NCBI GenBank assembly: GCA_030141605.1
Contig: JAQGDQ010000024.1
Coordinates: forward strand, 62,001 to 126,000
Reading direction: 5' to 3'
Origin: Tubiluchus corallicola
Taxonomy: Eukaryota > Animalia > Priapulida
Length of the DNA stretch: 64,000 bases
The notes below the pieces were generated by a model. That model was not told where the DNA came from. It was given only the letters and a program-made list of their open reading frames with translations, and made no database searches. Made by a program: the position numbers and the translations under genes. Of the stretch, positions 14,201 through 26,500 are shown one piece after another; position 1 is the stretch's first letter; each line of letters starts with the position of its first letter.

Positions 14201-15316
14201 ATGTACATAGATTTAATACTAACAAAGGGCAAAGATCTCTATCTTATCAAGGTGCTTTGTTGTGGAACAGCATGTCTAATGAACTAAAAAATGGCACCTT
14301 TAGCAATTTGATAATTAACTATAAATCCTTTCTTATTTCTAATTAGCATGTGTGACTTTTCTACTAAGATCAAATCTGATAAATCTTCCCTGTTAGTGTT
14401 AATGCATTACCCTTGAGCTAATCTATTAACTATAATCATATTACCATAGTACATCTTCTCATCAAAGTGTAAAATTGTTATTATTTCTTCGCAACTATGA
14501 AAAGGGAAGGTAAACAATAATCTTCAAAATAAATCAAGCAACTACAACAGTTTTTCTCATACTTAATGTTTTATAACTGTGCCGGCTCCAATTATGTTTT
14601 TACTTCCATATTATGCTTTTCTTACTTCATATATATTCACTTTATTATGATTATTTTGCTCATTGTTTCACAGTTATTATTAAGTTTTTATTATATTTTG
14701 TTTGAGTTTATTACTACATATTTTGTTTCTTTCACTGATTTATTATTTATGTTTTTTTTTGTTGTTCTTTTTTGGTTTGACTTTTTTCTAGTTTTTTGTT
14801 TTAATCAGTTAGTTAAACGCTTTACATATTTTGTTAATCATCACTTCATATTTTTCATTTTATTTCTTTGTTGCATAGCTTACTTAGTTGTTTCGCTTTC
14901 ATGTCTAATGTATTCCCCCATAAATTCATATTAACAGCAGCACCACAAATTTTTTACAATTTTCACTAACCTGAGAAGGGTAGCTGACTCGATGACCAAT
15001 TGGTCTTTCGCTACCCTTTCTCCTGCACCCCCTTAACTCTTTCCTTTATGCTTAATTTATCCTTTTTAATCAATAACTAAAAAAAAAAAATTAGTCAATT
15101 TGTATACAGGTGTAAATGAGGAGATAAATAAAAATGTCTATGTCTATAATGAGTTCAGTCGTGTAATTAGTCACATTTTGCTGTCTATTGAACAGCATTA
15201 AACAAAAGTAAGAACCCATTAGACTGCAAAATTTATTTGTATCTAGAACACGGAGTTATCATACTACACACCTTTTTCTTCGGTTTGGGTTTAAAAACTT
15301 TAACAGCTTCCGCCAT
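11293..15316 (-). CDS. EPG5: EPG5 (autophagy tether), 5' part only: exons 15316-15272, 13570-13398, 13050-12270, 11394-11293
   Basis: Four GT-AG exons splice in phase to 367 stop-free codons: MAEAVKVFKPKPKKK..., RLYPAL..LKPYTDAQLRSLYYNEEL, HPFYELLMNFFRAR. These match the recalled EPG5 N-terminus (MAEAVKP..., HEFYELLLNYSRCR). No intact next exon was found. Confidence 0.8.
13720..15148 (+). mobile_element. 5'-truncated CR1/L2-group (Crack/Daphne-like) LINE in EPG5 intron 1
   Basis: RT thumb and C-terminal motifs IKYLGVLIDHNLSWKAHI, LKLQDIYKLE, HEYHTR, SLSYQGALLWN, with a stop at 13867-13869. T-rich 3' UTR, hairpin at ~14973-15020, then AATAAA and a TGTCTA repeat tail. Boundaries approximate. 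Confidence 0.85.
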
Positions 15317-15338
15317 GTTTTATTTACATCCAAGCAGT

Positions 15339-15348
15339 AGCACGTGAC
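15339..15348 (-). promoter_or_regulatory. CLEAR-like E-box (GTCACGTGCT) just upstream of the EPG5 ATG
   Basis: 8/10 match to the TFEB/MITF CLEAR consensus GTCACGTGAC, ~25 bp upstream of the start codon of an autophagy gene. Motif match only. Confidence 0.45.
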
Positions 15349-15628
15349 GGTTACTTTTTACTAGTACTTGTAATCGAAAAATTATTTAATAAAATAGTCA
15401 TACACATGCAAACAGTACTGTAATAATATTGCAACGCAAAAATATTCTGTTTGTTTTTACACTAGTTAACGTAATTATTTACACAGTGCAAATAATATAC
15501 AGTGCAATATAACATATCATAAAAGCATGAAAATACTTTCGATTGTATGAGTCTCCTACACTACTGTACCTTGTTTGTGTACATCTCAGTAACGAAGTTA
15601 ATGACTGCGAATTTACTACTAATTTACT

Positions 15629-18600
15629 ATGAAATCTGAAAAGTAAGCCCTGGTACAACTTTTGTATTTCATTTAATAGAGCTATTTAATCGTTTATAAA
15701 TTTTATCCATTTTTTGTGCACATACTGTTTGAGAGCATTCAGAAATACTGATGCACTACAGAGCCTTGCTTATACGACTCGTGCTCACTGACAGCGGTTA
15801 CAATATAAAATCTATAGACAAACCAGAAAAAACATTCACTCAAGAATATGATCATTATATCAAGATTTTGTGTGAACGATTAAACATTGTTACCTTTCGA
15901 CCGAATGCTGGATGCTACTGAAAAATGTCAAGTGACACGAAAACTTGTTGTGAAATCATTTTTTCTAATTATACTGCTATAAAACTAGTTCCTATTGCCT
16001 TGGTATAAAATTTATACAAGATTAGTCTAAGTAGGCAATAATATGGGGCTTAAACTTGTAAATTACACCAGCTAAACTTTGTGGAAGTGTTCACACATCT
16101 TGTCTGACTGGTAAAAAGAAAAATAATGCTAACAATGCACACTTGACTTTGACTTCTGCAGTAAATGTCAATGCATTCTCCTGATATATATGTGTGAAGC
16201 TTTTGTGATCCTGCAGCAGCCCGTCAGCTGAGAAGATAAAAAAACTGCTTGATTGGCCATGGCTTGCTTGGACTCGTGCTAGTTGATTGGGGTTTTTCAA
16301 TTGCTGAATTACCCAATTACTGTAGCACCATTATTATGTGATTTTCACTCCGAATTGTATTTGTACTAAACTACTTTACTACAGGTGTACTTCGTTGTAC
16401 GGGACACCTACGATGTTCATTGACATGCTCAATCATTCCGACTTTGAAAAATTCAACCTTTTCAGTCTCTACACAGGTATGTCATCTGTAAATTGAAGGT
16501 AAATTCCTGTTATTTGCACTTGTGTTATTATCTAGAAAATGTTTTACAGTTTAGTATAACTTATCAGTGTGTAGAATTGAAGATGTCCAAAAGCCTTTGT
16601 GATGACAATGATAATTACTTTTATAATGCAAATAACTTTAACACAAATCTAGTAAACTCGGGTGTTCCTTTTAACTCCAGTCAAATTTCAAACTACAAAT
16701 GGATCTCTGCACAAAACGAATTATTTGATAAGGCATATTTTATATACAACGTTTTTTGACCTCTATAGATGCCAGTTAAGCAAACTTGAATGTATATAAA
16801 GCATATTTGCATACTGTAGCAACTTTACTTTAAAAGAAAATTGTTCTGTATTCCAATTGACAGTGTTAAGGTGAAATAAACAAAATATTTGCTACATATT
16901 TGCAATGCTGCTAATATAGCTTGATAACATTATTATTTCAGTGTCATGAGCATTGATTGTGAATATGCAACTAAGTGGCTAGATTTTAGTCAGTCATATC
17001 TGTAAACTTTAAAAATCAAGCATTTGACTTGTTTCATTAGGATGTCAATTTGGTACTAATGTAATTCTTCAGGATTAATTTCTGTGCTTGCATGATTTTA
17101 TTATTAATATTAGGTATAATGGGAGGATCTCCCTGTCCAGTGGAAGTCATGAAACAAGTAGTTTCTAAAATGCACATGCCAAGTATTACGGTGAGAGGTT
17201 TCTCCTCTCTCACTCTGTCTGTCCCCCTGTCTTTCTGTTGCTCACTTAGTCACACTCTGTGATGTATCGTGGTTGGTGTGTCTTCTAGTAGGATTTCAGT
17301 GGGTGGTTTTGATCATTTGTGTTTTTGTGGATGATCGGTCTTGAGTTTTTTGGCAGCATTGAATCAAAACGTTTTCTGTAGTTCTACTAAAATAAAACTC
17401 GTTAATTTATGTATGTTAAAGCGGAGTATGTTTATCCACTTCACCTGAAAAAGGTTAGTAATTGGCACATTTTATTTATTTGCCTGATGAATTAATTCGT
17501 TTTGGGACTGAAATATCAAAGCATTGATTATCACAGATACTGAATCTGTGATAAAGTGAAAATCTGTATAATTATAGGTACTCTTACATCAATGCAAACA
17601 ATATAATATTTGCTGTCCGTCTATTTGCCTTTTATGCAACAATTTGTACTTACTGTTAATTCTTTGTGCATGTAGATCTGTTATGGCACTACTGAAAACA
17701 GCCCAATAACATTCCAGAGTTACATGTCAGATTCAGTTGAACGACGTGTTTCAACTATTGGTCACCCTTCTTCCCATGTTGAGATATTTTTTAATTTGTG
17801 CTGTGATATATTTTAGTGATTGCCACAAATTTTACTCTGTTCTGTTTCGTAAAGTAGGGAAAAATATGCTATCATATAAATGATTGAAAGCATTAGTAAA
17901 CTGCTGAGTCTGCAAAATATTGCTGTTTCACTGGATGTTAAACCCAACACCTTCTGTTTTCCAAGCAATTACAGTAACTATTACATCACAGAGGACTTTT
18001 CAGACTCAGTGTGAAAAATCTGCAGTGTAAGTTGCAATTGCTAAACCTAACAATTACAAGTAGGCGCAGGACTATGACCAAACTACCTGGATAAAATATC
18101 ATTATTTTTTAGGATATTAGGTGAGGGTTTTTTAAAATCCATAAATATTTGCAGGTGAAAGTAGTAGATACAAATGGCAGAGTGTTCCCAACAAACACAC
18201 CAGGTGAACTGCGTACTCGTGGCTATACAACTATGCTTGGCTACTGGAATGACGAGGAAAAAACAGCAGAGTGCGTTTTACCTGACAGATGGTATAAAAC
18301 TGGGTAAGAGGACTAAGAGCATAGTACCCAATAATGTTGTAGTGCTTAACAGAAGAAAATTAGGCAGACTTTTGGAATAAACAGTGTCACATAAGAAAAG
18401 AAACCTTAATTGTGTTCATTAAAGTAGTGTGCTTGCAAATTTGCACCAAGTGGAAAATGACAGTTAGGTGCAGAGCACAGCTGTACAGTGTTGTTTGCTA
18501 CTTGTCAGTGCTACCTCTACAGCTAGACAAACACACTGCATGAAGAGTGAGGGTTATTGCCTTTCTAATAAATTCAATCTCATGCTTCTGAAGTGCTACA

Positions 18601-21343
18601 GCATTTAGAAAATTTAGTAATCCTTTCACCAGTAACAAAAAACACCTAACTCTTTGCAACTAAGACCAGTTACACCACATGTTTTGTTGTGGATTAATAG
18701 ACTAATTGTAAATAATTCATTGCCACTACTTAATACAGTATTCTAAATAACATTCTTAATTCTTGATTGATGTTTTTGCAGGGACTTGGCTGTAATTGAC
18801 GAAGATGGTTTTGGTCAGATCGTGGGCAGAATCAAGGACATGGTCATACGTGGTGGAGAGAATATTTATCCCTTAGAAGTTGAACAATTTTTATACAAGC
18901 ATCCAGCTGTTGAAGATATTCAAGTGAAAATTTTATTCTTTTGCATCTTGAAATATTTACAGTTTTTACAGATTTCACTGAAAACTAAAGAACTTATGAT
19001 TTCTTGCTTCTGTTTTTATCGATTTTTGTCTAATTTTTTTTCTGAAAAGATGAAAGACTGTTTTGCTGTATATTTAGCTATTTATGCATTTTTGCAATAA
19101 CACCCAAGTTAAGTTATAACTACAAAAACGCAATGTTTAGTACATACAGATGAAAATTTTGTTTATCCATACAACCAGCAAGGTAAAACCGAATTTAATT
19201 CTTTGGTTATTTGGCACCCGTCTTTTGACAAATAAAGTTTAAAGCAAAACAGGAGGATTTTTCATATCCTACCATATTTTGAAGTACAATAAAATGTATA
19301 GATTTTAACACGTATAATAGTACCAAAGCATTTTTGATAATTAAATAATAGGTTAAACACTTAATTAACAGTAGACATGCCCTGTTAGTGATGATGTCAC
19401 AAATGGACACAATTTTTGACAGCACAAATATTCCATGAGCATGTTGTACGAGTTTGGGAAAGTGAAAATTGAAGTACAGTGATACGGTAGTATCAACATA
19501 ATATACAAAAACTCGAGAAATTTTAGGGTAAAAATTGAAATTTAAAATTTACTGCTGTGATCAGGCATGAGTTACCCTACGTGTGTATTACATCACAAAC
19601 AAACGGCTCTGAACTGAGAAGTACAGCACCTGTTTTTCATGCAATACATTTCTGAAATGCAGGCACTAGTGCCCATCTAACTAACAAATGGCAAAGTGAG
19701 TGTAACGGCAAATAACTAGCCGCGGGAACATGAAATTACTTTTATGTAGTAATAATTCTTTCAAGCAAACCATTCTTTAAAAAAAAAATATGTTCCCTTT
19801 CAATATTTTAAAGAGTAGATTGCTTTGACCTTAAGTTTGGGATTGGGTCCGGTTTTCCTTTAACATTTACTTGAAAAATTGACAATTTGTACAAATTAAA
19901 AATTGAATTTTTAAACAAATAAACATCACCAAACTGTGAGGAAGATATAGTGAAAACAATTAAATCTGAAGATTGTTGCAGCTGTTAGATGTATTTTATA
20001 CTTTTCATTTGTATATTTAAAATTTATTATTGCATATTAATAACCGTGTTAATGGTCTTTCAACCTCTTAAATGATAGAATAATTTGATTTCAGTAACTG
20101 TCTGACACTTGTTTGTGACACAAGAAAATCAGCCTTATCCTTTGCAAAAAATTGCAGGTAATAGGGCTGCCTGACAAAAGAATGGGTGAGGAACTTTGTG
20201 CCTGGATTCGTTTGAAGAAAGGACATGAGCACACAACCAGTGATGACATCAAACACTTCTGCGAGGGAAAGGTAAAAGTAACAACTAAATTAAAGACACA
20301 CAGTGATTAGACAGTATCTACTATTTAAACTATCCAGCACATCGGATAACTTTAGCTAACAAGTTACGAGCCTTTACATTTACTCTAGTTTACTACTAAA
20401 ATTAATTACCAGATAATTTTACAGTTACCAGTTTACAAATAAATGATTTTAGTTGAAAAAACATATGAAATCAGTAGGTATTTTGATTTAACAAGAACTA
20501 TAGAATAACGCAGTGTACTCACTAGCTACTTTTAGAACTCTCGCTAAATCACCTGTACCTGAAATTCATTAATAATGACAGTAATAAGGAACCATGCTAA
20601 TTTTTACAAGAACTGTCTTAATGTCTAAGTTAATTTTTCGAAAATTTAAAGCAAGTTTTACAGTAGCAGTGAACCTGTAACTCTGTGTATACAAATGGAC
20701 AGTGATTGCTTTGGATTCTGTATGGAATAAGAGCTAGAAACACATTGCATATTTTTGCTAATCATGAGAAATCCTTAACTTTTTGAATTTAAAATTGATC
20801 AGTACCAATGTACAGCAAAAATCATTGACATTGACATAAAGGTCTGATTGGAAGAAATAGACAAAGACATTTTGTTTATCTACTCATATATACCTCGAGC
20901 GCAGAGAAGGCTAATGACAGATATAAAGTTAATAATAATAGACTTTTCACTAAAGTGTAGCTTGCCATCAATGTGATAAGAAAAAGGGTAGCGAATAAGC
21001 TACGAAAATAGTGCAAATTGTATTTATGTGAATAGTTAGTAGTATCATTCTGAGTCTGTAAAAAGATGGAATATCTTATTGACTTGTGAAGTGACATTTA
21101 AAATTGTGCTGTTATTATCATATAATTATTAAAATTATTTTTTGTATTTTTTAGTTGTCACATTTCAAGATTCCTCGCTACATCTTATTTGTTGACGAAT
21201 TTCCTCTCACGGTCACTGGGAAAGTACAGAAGTACAAAATGAGACAAGCTTCTAGAAAAATCCTCAACTTGGAAGAAGTTCACATTCACGGCCACGATTA
21301 TTACCTTAGTGAAATGGAGGAGGCACAAAAAGAGAAAAATTAG
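15629..21343 (+). pseudogene. ACSF2: Internally deleted ACSF2 tandem paralogue: fused mini-exon 15629-15642 plus exons 16385-16476, 17114-17190, 17676-17783, 18155-18303, 18782-18923, 20158-20271, 21155-21343
   Basis: Seven exons are colinear with exons 10-16 of the downstream gene (same lengths except the last, 9 nt shorter) and are stop-free ([50 protein letters not shown]). Exons 2-9 are absent. The donor at 17784 is AT instead of GT. Flank homology upstream (~15510-15630 vs ~23395-23533) and downstream (to ~22850 vs ~37370). Confidence 0.8.
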
Positions 21344-22962
21344 TTGTGTTGCAGTTGTGTGTGGTATTTTTGCAAATTTACATACCAAATGCAAATATCA
21401 AATACATTATTATAACAAAAGTAAATGGAATTTTTCCTGCCTACATCCGTAACATGTTTAACAAGTTGCATTCACACATATCTGTAGATTCCTTTAGGTT
21501 CTCCAGGTACCGTAACGAGTATATGTATAGTGCAAAAATATTAAAATTGAACGATTGTACTTAAAAGTAGTTTTTATTAAAAGCCTCTGATATTATTACT
21601 GCAATGAAAAATACAGAGAAGTTTATTCTGTGTTTGATCTGCATTTACATGTTTACATATTTACAGCATTAATAGCATTTTATTAGAGCATATTTTGAGT
21701 GGAGATATTAAGGTAAAAATCTGAAATCTGTTGCAGTCCAATCAAATAAACATCATAATAAAGCACTTAGCCAAGTTGCAGCAATAAAATTAGAGCCACT
21801 ACATCAAAATGTGTTGTAGTTACATCAAAACGGTTTTGCTAAGTTAAAACTTTATATACCGTGAGGCCAAGTCATAACTGATACTGAGCTGAATTAAAAT
21901 GTCAGTATAGTATTATTCAAACAGATGAACATCAGTCATTCATGTTGCAGGTACTACGTGCAGTTTGCTGAAAAATTAAGTGTTAGTGACGAATTTCTGT
22001 CAAGTTATGTCTTAAACTTTTACGTGAACTGAATTGTTTGAGTTATTTTAGCCCTTCAACTCTAGGAATAAAATGTCATCTTTAATCAGTATACAGTTTT
22101 TTGGAATAAAACAGATAATACCATATATAGAATAGTAGTAAACCGGTGTAATGATTTGCATTCCTGTTTAAAATATACCATTGCCACCGCAAAAGTTCAT
22201 AATCTATACTAGACATATTCATGCAGCTTTTTTGAATTTTTAATTTTGTATTACTTCTTTTGTTTTCATGAGGAATAGACAGGAATTTTACAGTGTAAAA
22301 TATAGCTGCCTGTTAATTTTTGGAAGAATTTAAATTTTACTTTTTTACAATAGGTTTTATACTTTTGACAATCCAAACAATTTTTCAGGTAGTTATCATC
22401 ATATAGACTATTACGTCTAGTTGCCATGGAGGTCTAAGTCAGCTATGCTGTATTGTGATGTATTAACTATTTTTACAATGTCTGTTTTTCTGCAGATTTG
22501 TTATGCAAAAAATGAAAATGTTTTGAACATGCTGGATTGTACTTTAATATACATTCTCGTATACTTGTAGGTATAGTCTGCCTCATTCTATACATTTATG
22601 ATTAAGTGTGATAATGACTAGTCTGATCCCTATAGAAACTGCATTTAATAAAACACGTTATATTTTTTTAACTAATAACACTTCTCTGTGCATGGTTATA
22701 TAAGTGTTGAATTTTTTTTCAGTTTTTGTTCATAGTAAGTTTGAAATAGTAAAGACTTTACCGTAGCTGTATTTATGTTGATCTTTCCTACTGTTAATTT
22801 TATCACAACTTGTTTCATGTCAGTTATGATAGTTTCTTCTTAAAATAATTATCTTTCAGATGTATAATTCATAGATTTATAAATATATATATATTATTGC
22901 TAATAATTTATGAATAAATATTATTAATATAATACACACACAAAATTAGTTCGTGAATCAGA

Positions 22963-23015
22963 TTAGGGTTAGGGTTGTGTTAAGGTTAGGGTTGGGGTTG
23001 GGGTGAGGGCTAGGG
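22963..23015 (+). repeat. Degenerate interstitial (TTAGGG)n-like array
   Basis: ttagggttagggtt..ggttagggttggggttggggtgagggctaggg, flanked by (TA)-rich tracts. Confidence 0.75.
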
Positions 23016-23530
23016 CTAAGATATAATTATGTGAGGAGTTGTAAACTCGTTCCGAAATATTTTGTTTCACAATGAGTGTTGTTGCAGCTGTAAAGACTCG
23101 TGCTATGCAGCACATCCCATTTGACAATAGTTTGTATTATATATGTATAATTATATATATATATATACATGTATAACAAATGCCAATTCATGATGTAGGC
23201 ACGGTCCTGTGGATATTAGATTTGTGCCAATAAAATAGACTTGAAATGAATTTTTACTATATTAGAACTTGCCCTTATATTATTTGATAAAAATGGCATC
23301 ATACTTACAAATTGTACTCTAACCATGCTTTTCGGTATAAGCAAATAATTATCTTTATATTACTTTATATAATAGTTTACACGATATAAATGAGAACATA
23401 AAAATGACATAAGAATTTTCGGTTGTCTGCGCCTTAAACTTTCCTGCTGTACCTTGTTTATGTACATGTTCTAATCATGTGATTCTAATATTCATGTAGT
23501 TTTGGAGAATTAACTTCAAAATAATTCATC

Positions 23531-26500
23531 ATGCCTATTTTGTCAAAAATTTCTTACATGAAGAAATTGCCCGTGCCTTACAGAAGCTTGCATCTGTGGA
23601 AGAATAAGTTTCTGAACGTCAGACGCTTCTCAATAGCAAGAAGGTATTATAAAATCCACCCATACACGACATGTCATTTGCTGTGCAATCTACACCTTGC
23701 AGTTATTTTTTTTCAAATCAGCAATCTCACCGTAAGTAGTATACATTTCTGCACACCTGCCTTGCAGTAGTGTTAGCTCTATAAGTGTAAGGCAGCAGTG
23801 CCCGCCATCCCAGTTCGTCATTGTTTAATTGTAATCTTAAATCTCTAGCTGATTGTATTTGTATTAAATAACTGTCAAACTAAGTTGATATTATTAATAT
23901 ACTATATTACAGGTCGGAAGTAGAATTTACGTACAGTTTAGATTTGTTAGCTCACAGAAATAAAAAATGTATGTGTGTGGCAGGCTTCTCATCTTCAATC
24001 TCATTTTAACAAATCTACCAAACACCAGCGATACCTGTAGATATTATTTTTGTAAAATAATTTGGGTGAAGCTGAATGTACCATTAGCTCCATAAGCCTC
24101 TATTACACTGTAATTTAACAGAATGGATCAGTGTTGGCAGTTACCTTTTATTAATTTATCTGGTGGTGTTTTGTTCAATTAACTGTGATTCCTAATACTA
24201 ATATAGACATCTCTTTTATTTTTTGCTGTAATGCTACTCTCATAGGTTTGTCGTTTGTATCACGCTTAGTTAAAAACTTAAATCTTAAAGTAATGGTGTG
24301 TGAATATCATTTGAATTTGGAACTGTGAAGTTATAAAATTTTAGGAGAACAGTTAACTCTAATGATAAACTTTGATTGGCAATTTGGTGTGAAAATTGTT
24401 GATCAGGTTTCATTCGAAAAGTACAAACTATACTTGATCAGAAAATGGAAAGTAGAAATCAGCTGAAATGCACATGATTTGGAGTTTTGAAGTAGCAGCC
24501 AGAATTTTGCTTATATCCTGCTGGAAAGCTCACAGACTTCTTGACCTGTTATTTGACTTTCCATGGCATTTATTTATTTGCAGGATTCAAACCTTGAATG
24601 TCTAAGACTAATCGTGACATAACATAATTATTTCAGCCGTGTTTCACATGTGTTCACTGCGCACTTGTTTTTTTGTTTGAAATTCGATTTGGTAGGGCCA
24701 TACTGCATTGTAGCATCCAGCTGGCAAGTTTAACCAACCAAAAATTGCAACCCGAGAGACTTTGAAATTAGAGGCAAGCTTTGAGTGTAGCAACTCTTAG
24801 TTGATTCGTGCAATGGCAAAACTGAGTTATGGAACCTAAAGTAACATTGAAAGCACACAAGTAGTTTTACGAATTTGACGGTTGAAGCACATTATGAATG
24901 TTGTATATGACTGATATAATCACAAGTAGGTTTAGGCAACTTTAGAAACAAAACTGTGAAATTTCTTCCAATTTTAATTTTATCAAAAGGGTTGCATTCT
25001 GGTCAAAATATAACGCAAACATTTATTGTAGTTATCTTTTGTGAAATGCTTGTCGTATGTGATATATTTAGCCAATAGTTGTCTTCCACTGTCTTTTCAA
25101 GGACCTTGCAAGTACAAATAGTACACCAAAGCTGCAAAGACATTTTTTTCTAGAAAATTATTTATTATTGTTTATTGTTGTGTTACGACTGGCAAGGAAT
25201 CAAAAAACTATTTACTTGCATTTTCTGGTGCTTGTTACTATTGTCACCATCCACAGCCATTGCTCTGACCAGAAAGCTGTTGCCTTTGCCATTGCCATTG
25301 TTAAAATCATCTGGATTTTCATTTTACTTTAGATCTGTTTACAAATTCAAAAATCTATTTTCTATCTAAATTTACTATTTCAGAAACTATGCTACACAAG
25401 AAAAGCTAACTGAAAGCTATTTACAAGGACATGGTGAGCGTCCGCTGATAGGAGTGACAGTTGGCAAAGTTCTTGAAAATGCAGCTGAAACTCATCCGGA
25501 TAAGGAAGCCTTTGTTTTTTGTAGAGAAGGAATCCGCAAGTCATACAGTCAAATACTGCAGGAGGTATGAACTTGGTGCATCAGTGCAGAAATGGCAAAA
25601 GGCTAAAAAGTTGATTGTTTGTTATAAAATGTTTGCATTCTAACATGTCTGCCAAATTACTTGTTATTAAAATTTTAACTAATCATAACTAGCATGATAT
25701 ATGGTGTTACAAACCCACAGTTAATTAAATTATGATACTAAACTTGAAAAACAGGTAGTGTGAAAAAGTTGGAATGTAGCCTGTATTTGAACCAGGGACC
25801 TTCTACATACATTGCAGATGCCTTAGATGAAATTAGATCGATAAGCTATTACATTATCCAGTAGTCAAATCAGTCCGTTGTCCATCCCTTATAGCTGGCA
25901 AATCAAATTCGGCATTTCCAATATTAGTTTGCTCAAACTAGAATGATTATAATTTTGAACTTTGGACTGCTTTACTGGGGAATGCTTTCATTAAGCGGTT
26001 TAAGGCATCTACAAGTTAAGCAGAAGGTCCTGGTTCAAATCCAAACTGCATTGCATATTTTTTCACATTTTCTGTTTTTCAAGTGTGTTATCAAAATTTC
26101 ATTAATTGTTGATTTGTAACCTCATTAATAATAATCTTGACGTTACATTAAGAGTATAATAGTCAATCTGTGCAATACATGAGTTAGAAAATTCATTGAT
26201 TAGTTATTTGCAGCCTTAATTTTAAAATTTAGTTTTAAGTCTGGTGAGGCTTTGTCAAAATTCTGTATAGCCCAAACTCTTCACAACTAATATTGCATAA
26301 AAAAATTTTTCAAGTTGATTTTTGTTGATTAACACTGACAAGTTGTAAGTTTTTTATCAATTTCAGAGTGATCAACTTGCCGCTGGTTTGCATGCCTTGG
26401 GTATAAGGAAAGGAGACAGAGTTGGAATTTGGGGTCCAAACACCCTAGAGTGGATACTAGCTCAGTATGGTTGTGCTCGAGCTGGTTATATATTGGTATG

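Noticed and set aside
14566-14934. Hydrophobic 122-aa ORF
   Set aside because: T-rich LINE 3' UTR gives F/L/I-rich translation by composition.
17784-18154. Possible U12-type AT-AC intron
   Set aside because: Donor ATATTTTT lacks the ATATCCTT consensus, the acceptor is AG and the paralogous intron is GT-AG.
23431-23441. GCCTTAAACTT resembling the U12 snRNA 5' end
   Set aside because: No further U12 sequence follows.
23671-23737. Alternative ACSF2 first exon using the strong donor at 23732
   Set aside because: Neither ATG 23531 (phase 0) nor ATG 23671 (phase 1) matches the phase-2 exon 2; at most a non-coding variant.
25975-26060. Functional tRNA gene
   Set aside because: B-box present, but no convincing acceptor or anticodon stem; it is part of an inverted repeat.
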